Made by a program: the position numbers and the translations under genes. DNA of 64,000 nt from a virus: positions 11,123 to 75,122 of the IMG/VR virus record IMGVR_UViG_3300035190_000190; one strand, given 5' to 3'. Below are positions 44,403 through 53,822 of the stretch, in pieces. Under the pieces are notes generated by a model. The model had not been told where the DNA came from, ran no database searches, and saw nothing but the letters and a program-made list of their open reading frames with translations. Position 1 is the stretch's first letter; each line of letters opens with the position of its first letter.

Positions 44403-46944
44403 AACCCATTGCTACGGCAATTTCTTTATGTGTGGTTAACATACTCTGCTCACGATAGGTATCAGTCTGTTGCATTTTTTGTACAAATGCTGTGCCATCA
44501 CTACCTTCGCCATTTTCAATGAATTGAATTATTTTATCAATTTCAACACGATGCTTAACATTAAATGGATAAGCAGTTAATCTATCAATTACTAACTTCT
44601 GTGCCGCAGGTGTCATACGATTAATGCACATAACATTTGGATCATGTAACATATTAAAATGCACCATATCAAATTGTTGAGTATTGACCCAATCACAAAG
44701 TTCCGGTAGATAATAAACATTTTGTATGTTTATAGTCATACAAACCTGTGTCTGAATTAAATTAGTTCGCATCGCGTTAAATTTTATAACATTAGTTTTT
44801 ACTTCCTCCCACACCGCACCGTAACGTTCATATTCGAAACGTGCTTCGGTATTGTCGATACTAATAGCAATCTCAACGTTTCTAAATTTACCCCACAATG
44901 CAACTTCTTCATCACTAGGATACACTGTACCGTTGGTATTATAATGTATATCAATACGCTTGCTATAACCATGCTCTACTGCATAGCGTAATAGTTTAAA
45001 ATGTTCTTCAATTAAGAATGGCTCACCACCAGTAAATTCAAAATACTTAATGTTAGGTAGTAATTCTTTTAAATTTTCCCAAAACACTTCGCTTTCACGT
45101 GGCCACGTACCTTCTTGTAAGAATGTATATGCACTATGCTTTTTACGGTCGTACCCTTGTACATCTTTGTATTTTTTAGATTCATAATCAATTTCTTCTT
45201 TGGCCCATTTACTACTAGACCACGATCCACATATACGACATTTAAGATTACAGATGTTACCTAGTTTCAAATCAATGAACCAAAGTTGATCTGGAGTATC
45301 GTTTTTCCAATCTACAATAGGATAAAACTCTTTTAGTCTAATTCTACTATTAATACGCTTACTAACTATGCCAGCATCTTCTTCACTCCAACAGCGATTA
45401 CATGTACTAGGCTTTTCTCCACGTCGAAATTGTTGACGTAGGTCCTGCATATATTCGCTGTTGTAAATTTCTGCTAGTGAATTTTCTCTAAGTTTGTATG
45501 GAGTACCATCAGGTTTAGTTATTTCATCTTTAGCTAAACAACACGGACGAGCTGTACCTACCGGACTTGCTTCTATACTGACCCAAGGTAACATACAGAT
45601 ACTATCGTGCGTTTTGTTAATACCTAAGTGATCACGCAATTCTCGATACTCTGGAAACACTTCTTCAAATGTTTCTTTTCTAAATTCATCTGTTTGATCA
45701 TTTATCTTAAAAAATTCTTTTAATAGATGACTCTTATCATCTTGGTACATAAATGTAATGATAGCTCGATAACCTGATATAGCTCGCTGTAAATGATCTT
45801 GTGGTTCAAGCCATGCTATATGCTCTTCGACACGTTGTTTAATTCTATCTTTAAACTGTATAGGCAATACATCGATTCGATCACGTTCTGGACTTTGTAG
45901 AATGTTGACATTCCAATCCATTGCTTTAATCAAGCCAAGTTCAACCCATTCTCGATGAAATTCAGTTAAATGCCAAGCATTAAGTATACTAACTGTACTG
46001 CTGACATAAAAGTCTACATTAGGACAAATTTCAATCATTTTGCGACGATTATCTACTGTTTCTTCCCAGTCTGTACCTTTGCGAATGTATTCCCCACGAA
46101 GATATGAATCATCTAAACTTGCACCCACACTAACTACATCAAACAGTTTCCAATATTCAAACACCATTTTGTCTTTAAGACGTATGTGACTAAAGTTTGT
46201 ATTGTAGATTAATCGTACATGGAACATCTCACGACGAACTAGTTCTTCTAAGATGCGATAATGTTCTTCCATGATCAATGGTTCGCCGCCAGCAAAGTAA
46301 ATCTGTTCTAGATAGGGAATGTGTTCCTGCATCTGTTCCCACATGTCATCTTTATTTTTACCTGCAAACATAATCTGTGGATGATTTAGTTTACCGAATA
46401 GTTTAGTTTCTTCTGCAAACCAACTACTGCTAAACAAACTTCCGCAGGTGCGGCAACTAAAGTTACAGAGGTTACTAAAGCGCACATCATAGTAACGTAG
46501 TTTAAAGTCATTTAAACTACCGTCGACATTAGTTTTATCTGCTAGTGCAATATGATGCCCAAAGTTTTTATTTTGACTATTGCGCATACTAAAGAATCCA
46601 TTGTCTTCTTGCTCATAGCATCGCGTACATTCTTTACTGGGTTTATCCTCTAACATATTTAGACGCATCTGTTTGTATGGGGTTCCATTCCATACTTCGG
46701 CCATGGTATTTTCTTTGAAGTTACCAATAGGCAAATGCATTTCACCCAAACAACAAGGATATGCACGACCATCAGGAATTCCATGCATGTGCGTCCATGG
46801 TATCATACAGAAGTGCTTGCTTTCTATTAGTTTATATGTTTGGTCTTCTGTTAAATCATCTTCGTGTATGTACACAGGTTTGCGTGTATTGTAATTGTGA
46901 TTTTTATGATGTACTGTTAATTTTTTGCTTGGCTCATCGCTCAT
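44395..46944 (-). CDS. tandem double twitch-radical SAM protein
   Basis: Two units: CMIPW..CC..CTRC..CNFSCRTC..GGEP and CMLPW..CC..CNRC..CNLKCRIC..GGEP. Confidence 0.88.
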   Translation of the reverse strand: MSDEPSKKLTVHHKNHNYNTRKPVYIHEDDLTEDQTYKLIESKHFCMIPWTHMHGIPDGRAYPCCLGEMHLPIGNFKENTMAEVWNGTPYKQMRLNMLEDKPSKECTRCYEQEDNGFFSMRNSQNKNFGHHIALADKTNVDGSLNDFKLRYYDVRFSNLCNFSCRTCGSLFSSSWFAEETKLFGKLNHPQIMFAGKNKDDMWEQMQEHIPYLEQIYFAGGEPLIMEEHYRILEELVRREMFHVRLIYNTNFSHIRLKDKMVFEYWKLFDVVSVGASLDDSYLRGEYIRKGTDWEETVDNRRKMIEICPNVDFYVSSTVSILNAWHLTEFHREWVELGLIKAMDWNVNILQSPERDRIDVLPIQFKDRIKQRVEEHIAWLEPQDHLQRAISGYRAIITFMYQDDKSHLLKEFFKINDQTDEFRKETFEEVFPEYRELRDHLGINKTHDSICMLPWVSIEASPVGTARPCCLAKDEITKPDGTPYKLRENSLAEIYNSEYMQDLRQQFRRGEKPSTCNRCWSEEDAGIVSKRINSRIRLKEFYPIVDWKNDTPDQLWFIDLKLGNICNLKCRICGSWSSSKWAKEEIDYESKKYKDVQGYDRKKHSAYTFLQEGTWPRESEVFWENLKELLPNIKYFEFTGGEPFLIEEHFKLLRYAVEHGYSKRIDIHYNTNGTVYPSDEEVALWGKFRNVEIAISIDNTEARFEYERYGAVWEEVKTNVIKFNAMRTNLIQTQVCMTINIQNVYYLPELCDWVNTQQFDMVHFNMLHDPNVMCINRMTPAAQKLVIDRLTAYPFNVKHRVEIDKIIQFIENGEGSDGTAFVQKMQQTDTYREQSMLTTHKEIAVAMGYE

Positions 46945-48293
46945 AGTGTTTCATACCAGTTAATTAATTGTGTAAATGTGTATTTAAAGTCTTTACCACG
47001 ACGCTGGTCGTATTGTTGATAAAACTGTTTAAAATCGTTTTGCAGTGTAGGCAAATCAAATGCTTCGCTGTGTGGAGTATCCACCATAGTCAAGTATTCA
47101 ATTAGTCGTTTAATATGTTCGAGTTCATGTTCATGTAATACTGTATTCTTTTTATTGTTGGATAAAAATTTTTCAAGTTCTAAACTATATTTTGTACGTA
47201 ATTCCACTGGCAATATTAAGGGACTTTGAAAGCTAGGGAAACGTAGAATGTTTAAGGTAAACGACAACGAATCGCGCCCGTACTTTTCTTTAAGTTTCAT
47301 TAAATTGTACAAAAATTCACTCAGACTTGGTAAGCACAGTGCATTGATTGTGCCCATAACATGTACTCCACGTACTTGTTTAGACTCTAATAAAAATACT
47401 AAATTTTCAACCCATTGAGTCCATTCCAATCCATCACGTATATACTCTGCTTGGCCACCCATGGCTTCATTACTGGTATAGATATCAAGTTCAATACCCT
47501 GTGTGCTGTCAAGCAAGCGTTCGAGTACATCACGTTTAAAGCCAAGATTACTATTAATTGCAAGACGTGTAGTACTGGCGCCTCTATGTTCTTTAAACCA
47601 ATCTATTAGACGCCATGTATATCCTGACATTAAGGGCTCACCGCCTGTGATGCGCAGTTCTTTTAATGTTTTGTGTAGATCCGACTCCCACCACGCAAAG
47701 AACGCTTCCACATAAGGATTAACTTCATTGAGTGTGTAAAGTTGACTACTATCATGAACATGAGTAAAGTGATTCCTACCGTCTGATACCAAGTTTGTGT
47801 AAGCACCATTTGTTTTAATATCTCTAACCCAGGCGCTACTAAAAGCAGGATTGCAGTAACTACAAGCAAATTGACAAGTACGGTCAAAAGAAATTTCCAA
47901 TGTCTGCAGATCCACGTCTTGATCTGCGGGTAAATTGTATGCATAATCTAAATCCTCATCTTTATAAATTACAGTTTTGTACACACGGTCACTGACTGCA
48001 TCTGTGCCCATGTCTTCAATCTTCCAGCAGTATTCACAGCCCGCAGGTCGTTCGCCCTGTTGCATCATACGACGTTCTTCTTTCTTACGTATGCTGTTAT
48101 GCAGGGCTTTGGGATTGGCAGCAATATCTTCGAGTGATACTTTGTGCGGTAATGGATGATGACAGCTAGTAGTCATACCAGAACCCAACCATATAGTAGC
48201 ATTGTACCATTTGGCCGCACAGAATGATGCTGACTTAATGTCAATTACTCTACGCTTATATTCTAAGTCTGTTTCGTTATTAATTTTCGGCAT
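46941..48293 (-). CDS. radical SAM protein with N-terminal twitch-like domain
   Basis: CAAKW...SCHH...CEYC; CQFACSYC; ITGGEP. Confidence 0.88.
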   Translation of the reverse strand: MPKINNETDLEYKRRVIDIKSASFCAAKWYNATIWLGSGMTTSCHHPLPHKVSLEDIAANPKALHNSIRKKEERRMMQQGERPAGCEYCWKIEDMGTDAVSDRVYKTVIYKDEDLDYAYNLPADQDVDLQTLEISFDRTCQFACSYCNPAFSSAWVRDIKTNGAYTNLVSDGRNHFTHVHDSSQLYTLNEVNPYVEAFFAWWESDLHKTLKELRITGGEPLMSGYTWRLIDWFKEHRGASTTRLAINSNLGFKRDVLERLLDSTQGIELDIYTSNEAMGGQAEYIRDGLEWTQWVENLVFLLESKQVRGVHVMGTINALCLPSLSEFLYNLMKLKEKYGRDSLSFTLNILRFPSFQSPLILPVELRTKYSLELEKFLSNNKKNTVLHEHELEHIKRLIEYLTMVDTPHSEAFDLPTLQNDFKQFYQQYDQRRGKDFKYTFTQLINWYETL

Positions 48294-49677
48294 GATATTT
48301 GCATTCGTTCCAAAATTCTCGCATCTGAGGGAATATGTCTGTAAAATGTCCTATGTCAGTTTCGTATGCGCCTCGACGTTTGTCGTATTCGCTAAAGAAA
48401 CGATAGAAATCTGCACGTTGTAGTGTAACATACTTGGGCTCTAGTTTGCTACCATCCCTCATCCAAAGTAAGTTGCGTTCCATACGCTGTATTTCATAAT
48501 CTTTAAAGCCAACAAAACTATCGTTGGGCATCAGATTATCCTTCATAAATGCTATGACATCTTCCAACACTGCGTAGTAACTGTTGGGTAGTATCTGTAG
48601 ACTCTGCCAAGTTGGACTACGCAGTAATGGTGTATCAAACCAAACACGTTGATAAGTGTCGCTATACAATTCGCGTTGATCTAATATAGTCTGCAATAAT
48701 TGTTTTAGACCTAAAATATTTAAATTACTCATTGTGATGATATAGGTTAGGCTATTGCGATAAGGTATATGTGTAAGATAACGATGTACATATGAATTTA
48801 CTCTATGCTGATTTAAACCACGACGAATATACTCTGACTGTCTGGTATCGCCCGAATCTAAACTAACATACTGCATGAAGTGTTCAATGCGCTCACCTTC
48901 GCATAGTTGTTTTACTTTGTCTAGGTACTTGTCAAACAGTTCAGGCTCGACACTAAAGTTACTAGTAACATCAACGTGTAAATCGCTTTTAGGCAAGGCT
49001 AAGATATAATCAAACACGCGATGTGTATTCTTATCCATCAAAGGTTCGCCACCAGTCATACGAAAGTGTTTTAAGCTGCCGTATAGTTCAGGCCACCAAG
49101 CCCAAAATGCATCTACATATGGATTAGCTTCACGTACAGGAATAGGCTTACGTCTACCTTCGAAGTGTTCAGGCGCATTGTGTGGGGTGCTGGTAGGATA
49201 TGCTCCCCATCGGTCAATATCTTTGCCCCACTTTGTACTGTACTGCGGACTACAATAGCTACAGGCTAGGTTACAACCATGACTGAAGTTTACTTCAACA
49301 TAACTCGGCACAACATCTTGGTCCCAAGGTGCATTTACTATTGTGTCGTAGTGGTCAGCCGCCCATGGCTCGCCGCTGCGATAGTGACGATCACTTAGTT
49401 GGTTGTTATCTTCTGCACTCCAACAATAGCTACATTCTGCCGGGCGTGTTTGCTCTAGCATAAGTTTACGTTGTTGTTTCTTGTAGTCGGTATTATGTAA
49501 GGCACCGGGATTGAACAGCAACGGCGCACTGTCAATCTCATGTAATGGTGGGTGGTAGCAACTGTTAGTTAGTCCAGTTGGTAAGTGTAGACTTACCTGT
49601 TGCCATTTCGCCAGACAGAGTGCAGGACCTAACTTGTCCTTCATTTCCTCTGCACTTGACATAAAATTACTACTCAC
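48280..49677 (-). CDS. radical SAM protein with N-terminal twitch-like domain
   Basis: CLAKW...SCYH...CSYC; CNLACSYC; MTGGEP. Confidence 0.88.
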   Translation of the reverse strand: MSSNFMSSAEEMKDKLGPALCLAKWQQVSLHLPTGLTNSCYHPPLHEIDSAPLLFNPGALHNTDYKKQQRKLMLEQTRPAECSYCWSAEDNNQLSDRHYRSGEPWAADHYDTIVNAPWDQDVVPSYVEVNFSHGCNLACSYCSPQYSTKWGKDIDRWGAYPTSTPHNAPEHFEGRRKPIPVREANPYVDAFWAWWPELYGSLKHFRMTGGEPLMDKNTHRVFDYILALPKSDLHVDVTSNFSVEPELFDKYLDKVKQLCEGERIEHFMQYVSLDSGDTRQSEYIRRGLNQHRVNSYVHRYLTHIPYRNSLTYIITMSNLNILGLKQLLQTILDQRELYSDTYQRVWFDTPLLRSPTWQSLQILPNSYYAVLEDVIAFMKDNLMPNDSFVGFKDYEIQRMERNLLWMRDGSKLEPKYVTLQRADFYRFFSEYDKRRGAYETDIGHFTDIFPQMREFWNECKYHAEN

Positions 49678-50566
49678 GTGACATCAGGCCTCGGTTTTTA
49701 AACACACTCTTGTAATGATGCTTAAAGAATTTACTCTGATCTGCTGTAAAATGTGGAGCAGGTAAGCCTAATTTTACGCTTAATGTATGCGACATTTCAC
49801 TGCATTCTTCTACTAGATTTAATACTTTGTTTTGATGCCAAATTTTGTTTAACGCATCAAAGTCCTGCACTTCTCTATAATCCCAATCTGTAATCATAGT
49901 CATATAGGTGCCTAGTTTAGCACCATACATTGCCCAGTCACCATTCTCTACATCCATACCTACATTGTGCCATATGTTTAAATGATCGTAGTTGCGTTCA
50001 TGTACACGTCGTTCAAATTCTTGTAGTGAGGGTTTAGCACCACGATCTAAACACATTTTAACGCCTTCCCTGAAGCCTGCTCGCCATGCTTGATACGGAC
50101 TTTGATTTGGGTATGTTGTGCTATAGCAATCATTCATTGCCCAATAGCGCGAGTCAAAGCAAAACTCAACTGCTGTGTCATCTGCACCATCGCTGGCTTC
50201 GTGTGTGCGCATGTTGTTGACAAAGTCCTTAGTCCAACAACTCATGCCACCGTTGCCGTACATAAGTCCGTTGATGTGATTACGTGCCTTCCATCGAAAT
50301 ACTACATCTCGATTGGTATCATCTAATGTAAGTTGTAGGTTAAAGAATTCTGGATCGGGTAAGTTGTCGCCATCAATTAATACAAATCGTTCAGTATCAC
50401 TTGCGGCTGCGGCTGCTTTGTGTGCAGCATCACTGCCTTTGACTCCATCTACACGTTTGGCCCACGGCACCATGTTTTGAATTTTAATCCAAAACTCTTC
50501 TTTTTTAGGTTCATCGTAACTTAGGTAGATGCAGTCTAAATCTGCTATATCAACGATTTGTGTCAT
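49670..50566 (-). CDS. GT-A-like glycosyltransferase
   Basis: YLSYDEP, AHKAAA, FVLIDGDN (DxD), AWRAGFREGVK. Confidence 0.6.
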   Translation of the reverse strand: MTQIVDIADLDCIYLSYDEPKKEEFWIKIQNMVPWAKRVDGVKGSDAAHKAAAAASDTERFVLIDGDNLPDPEFFNLQLTLDDTNRDVVFRWKARNHINGLMYGNGGMSCWTKDFVNNMRTHEASDGADDTAVEFCFDSRYWAMNDCYSTTYPNQSPYQAWRAGFREGVKMCLDRGAKPSLQEFERRVHERNYDHLNIWHNVGMDVENGDWAMYGAKLGTYMTMITDWDYREVQDFDALNKIWHQNKVLNLVEECSEMSHTLSVKLGLPAPHFTADQSKFFKHHYKSVFKNRGLMSRE

Positions 50567-50906
50567 AGTATTCTATATCCTGATAGGTGTCAGTTGGTTC
50601 TATTATTAGTCCTGCATGTTTCTTTACTGTGGCATAGCCCGTAATGCTACTAGTTAATTGTACACGATAACCAGGATTGACGTCAATCTTTTTCAGTTTG
50701 CCGGCGGCAATGGTATAGCGGAAATAACTATCATATTCATCTCGACTAACAACAACATACTGCGTATCTGTTGGATGATTCATCATCGTACACATTGTAA
50801 TGATTCCATCTTCATTGTAGTGTAATCTATATTCTTTAACTTCTTCTACAATAGGTTTAAGCATTGCCAATGCTTTTTCAAATTCACTTAAAGAGTTCAT
50901 GTTCAT
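50550..50906 (-). CDS. hypothetical protein
   Basis: 118-aa ORF overlapping neighbours. Confidence 0.65.
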   Translation of the reverse strand: MNMNSLSEFEKALAMLKPIVEEVKEYRLHYNEDGIITMCTMMNHPTDTQYVVVSRDEYDSYFRYTIAAGKLKKIDVNPGYRVQLTSSITGYATVKKHAGLIIEPTDTYQDIEYYDTNR

Positions 50907-51741
50907 ACTCCTTGACTAATTCATCTGTCACCCAAGACTTTTCATGATAGTGAATAGGGTGATATTGATTGGTGTTAGCAATACGTATCATTGGCAAGTC
51001 AGTTTCACACACGACTAACTCAGGCCAGGGCGTACTAGTCCATGCGTTAATTGCCGGCTTCATATGTACAAAATTAATAAAATCTAAGCTGGGTAGTGTG
51101 CAATCTTCTACACCAATTAACTTTGCAGTTAAGGCATAAACAACGTCGGTAGTAGGATTATCATCGCGACAGTTGAGTAATACATTGTCACGTAGATAGG
51201 CCCAATTTTTAAATATTTGTTCTGCTAGGATAAAGAATTGGGTTGCTTCACGTGTATATCTAAAATACATTAATCCATTGTAGGTATCAGGTAATTCATT
51301 GTCGTCAAACAATTTTCTATATTCACGCGATGTGCTCAACTCTTGCTGATAGTTTCTACATCCAGTGCTTAATACAACATTCTTTAATCTAAACGCATGC
51401 CACCAATGTTGAATGCTTCTTGTAAACACAATGTCGCTTTCAAGTTTAATTGTTTCTTTGAATGGGGTGAGATAAAATGTCTGCCACTCATTTGATAACT
51501 TCCAAGTTTCGTCTTGGGCTAGGTCATTGTCAATAGTAACTACATAATCGAACACCCGGCGGTGTTGTTCTGTTACCTGTTCAAGTGTATTTTTATCAAC
51601 TGCTACTGCGTATAAACTATCAGGCATGGTCAGTTTAATACTCATTGCTTGTACGTAAGCAAGCTGTAAGTAATCAACCTCTGCTGTATTCTGCGCAATG
51701 GTCATAAAACCCTGCTGTGCTTGATGTGGTGTTATGCGCAT
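50884..51741 (-). CDS. GT-A (GT8-like) glycosyltransferase
   Basis: DYLQLA, TPFKETIKLESD, TDVVYA, FVHMK, HYH. Confidence 0.6.
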   Translation of the reverse strand: MRITPHQAQQGFMTIAQNTAEVDYLQLAYVQAMSIKLTMPDSLYAVAVDKNTLEQVTEQHRRVFDYVVTIDNDLAQDETWKLSNEWQTFYLTPFKETIKLESDIVFTRSIQHWWHAFRLKNVVLSTGCRNYQQELSTSREYRKLFDDNELPDTYNGLMYFRYTREATQFFILAEQIFKNWAYLRDNVLLNCRDDNPTTDVVYALTAKLIGVEDCTLPSLDFINFVHMKPAINAWTSTPWPELVVCETDLPMIRIANTNQYHPIHYHEKSWVTDELVKEYEHELFK

Positions 51742-52508
51742 ACTGTATCTACCAACCGATCAAAGTCTGCACTTAATAAGTAGTCTTTATCCATTATGTG
51801 TACGTTTTGCTTGGCAATGACATGTGCAGAATTTTCCTCACGTATAATCATCTTTTTGCCTGTTATTTCAATGTTTTTAATTAGTTTATCCAAGGTTAAC
51901 ATGGTAAAAGGTATACTTTGTGTGGTGTTAGTAGTGTACCCATTAATAATGTTGTTGGCAATGGCAAACGCATAATCATTGCGGAAATTACGTTCTCTTA
52001 AGTGATATAGTTTTTGATAGTAAGCATAGTTACGTTCAATACGACCAACTAGATCAAATAACATTTGTGTTTTATCTGTACGTTTGAATGTTAGAGCAGT
52101 GGCCCATATATAATCTAAACTTAACTGACCCATGTTGCCCGACATCGACTGTTTAGGACTTTGATTGTTATGCATTAATTTATAATCAACTGTGGTTTCA
52201 AGTATGGTTAATAAACTTGAGTCTAACTGTAGATAATCACTGTCAAGTAATATAGTTTCATCATAGGGACTAAGTTCATATGCACGATATCTACCACCGT
52301 TCTTCCATTCTGTGCCACCGGCATAGCCAGTACGATAGTTACTTAAACTAGGTACGCCCGGATCTGTGATAATAGTAGTAGGTAAGTTTAATGTATGTTT
52401 TATTAGTCGTGCGGCTTGCTCAGCGATTCTAACATAATCGACTGCGGCAGTGTTAACAGCAAATAGTACAACACCTTTAGACTTTGCGGGCACGTCGAAT
52501 TTCTTCAT
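51732..52508 (-). CDS. GT-A (GT8-like) glycosyltransferase
   Basis: DYVRIA, SPYDETILLDSDY (DxD), FRNDYAFAIA, HIMDK; paralog of adjacent gene. Confidence 0.65.
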   Translation of the reverse strand: MKKFDVPAKSKGVVLFAVNTAAVDYVRIAEQAARLIKHTLNLPTTIITDPGVPSLSNYRTGYAGGTEWKNGGRYRAYELSPYDETILLDSDYLQLDSSLLTILETTVDYKLMHNNQSPKQSMSGNMGQLSLDYIWATALTFKRTDKTQMLFDLVGRIERNYAYYQKLYHLRERNFRNDYAFAIANNIINGYTTNTTQSIPFTMLTLDKLIKNIEITGKKMIIREENSAHVIAKQNVHIMDKDYLLSADFDRLVDTVCA

Positions 52509-52794
52509 ATTGAATATGCCATGCGTTCATTACTTGTTGATAGTGTTGTCGACACAATTCTAAAAATGCTAGTCGTTGTATTTCTATAGGATTTTCGTAG
52601 GTATCTTCAAGATATACAGTATCAGCAGTCCACGTTGCTAGGAACGCTATAAGTTCCGGTGTTACTTTAAAGAGTCCGTTGTTATACGGAACATGTAAAT
52701 CTGTTTGTATTTTCTCTTTAAGTATGCGTTTGTTAGTTTGATAATCCGTTGCTTGTTTTATTTGAGCAACTAATTGAGTAATTTCTGTTGTCAT
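52477..52794 (-). CDS. hypothetical protein
   Basis: First gene after promoter; start moved to ATG 52794. Confidence 0.65.
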   Translation of the reverse strand: MTTEITQLVAQIKQATDYQTNKRILKEKIQTDLHVPYNNGLFKVTPELIAFLATWTADTVYLEDTYENPIEIQRLAFLELCRQHYQQVMNAWHIQYEEIRRARKV

Positions 52795-52810
52795 AATAGT
52801 AATTAGCCAT

Positions 52811-52841
52811 AAAAATAGGTAAGTCAAAATAACTTACCTAT
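52811..52841 (-). terminator. intrinsic terminator after structural genes
   Basis: 10-bp perfect stem ataggtaagt/acttacctat, 7-nt loop, U-tract on minus strand. Confidence 0.65.
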
Positions 52842-52870
52842 AGTATAAGACATTTGTATTAAGTTGTCAA
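52842..52870 (-). promoter_or_regulatory. sigma70-type promoter for the minus-strand modification operon
   Basis: TTGACA-17-TATACT on minus strand. Confidence 0.75.
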
Positions 52871-53812
52871 CTAAGTTATAGTTGGTGTACCCCATGAGTT
52901 AGTTGTAAGATACGTTGATTCTGGGTATACAACGTCAACTGCCATTCTGTAGGTTAAACTTAATGTGTCATTCCAGTTTTTGTCAGCAACAGTGAACACA
53001 GTGCGGAAAACTACGTTTAATCCGTTTGAGCCGTTAGTAGTGTCACTACTGCTTGTATACACTTGTAAATACCCAGTGCTTGCTGTGTAACTTGCTGTGG
53101 TATCAGTTACTTGCACTATAGTAGCCGGTGTGTTAAGTACGTTAGTTCTATAACCAAGTGCTGTATTGTTTGTGTTTAAGGTAATGCCAGTGCCTGTACG
53201 TCCACCATTTGCTGTATTTTTAAATCCTACACCGCCAATACCGGTTACTAGTCTAGCAAAACTACTTTCTGATCCGTTATCGGTTGAGTTAACTGTACTT
53301 AATCTTAAATTTAACTGACCGCCTGCATTAAAGAAATAACGTGCTTGATCAGCACTACCAAATGTCACTGTACGATTTACTGTATAACTACTTAATCCAG
53401 TTGAACCCGTTACTGTTACATCAAAGTTTGCACCGGTAGTTGTAGAACCTTGCGCACTATATAAAGCTGCATTTGTATTAATTGTTGTTACTGCTGTATT
53501 AACATTGGCAAAATATGTAATAGTCTGTCCAGCTGTGTAGTTACCGTTTAATTGTGCGCCGGCACCACTTTGATGACCTAATGCACCATTAAGTAGTGTT
53601 AGTAATCCACTCCATTGTGTGGCTGTTACTGTTGCTGCAGCAGCAACGGTGTTAATGGCAGTAATAGTTTGACCATATCCTGTGGCACCTGTGCCGACTC
53701 CCATAACATAAGCAATGTTTTTAGTAACATTGGTATAGGTACCCTGGGTACCGCCCCATGCTAGGTTGTTATAGTCTGTTGCTGAAATTAATCCACCTGA
53801 TGCGTATGCCAT
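52871..53812 (-). CDS. putative virion structural (tail/baseplate-associated) protein
   Basis: Thr/Gly/Ala-rich, ARYFFNAGG, follows fibre genes. Confidence 0.6.
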   Translation of the reverse strand: MAYASGGLISATDYNNLAWGGTQGTYTNVTKNIAYVMGVGTGATGYGQTITAINTVAAAATVTATQWSGLLTLLNGALGHQSGAGAQLNGNYTAGQTITYFANVNTAVTTINTNAALYSAQGSTTTGANFDVTVTGSTGLSSYTVNRTVTFGSADQARYFFNAGGQLNLRLSTVNSTDNGSESSFARLVTGIGGVGFKNTANGGRTGTGITLNTNNTALGYRTNVLNTPATIVQVTDTTASYTASTGYLQVYTSSSDTTNGSNGLNVVFRTVFTVADKNWNDTLSLTYRMAVDVVYPESTYLTTNSWGTPTIT

Positions 53813-53822
53813 TTTTTATTCC

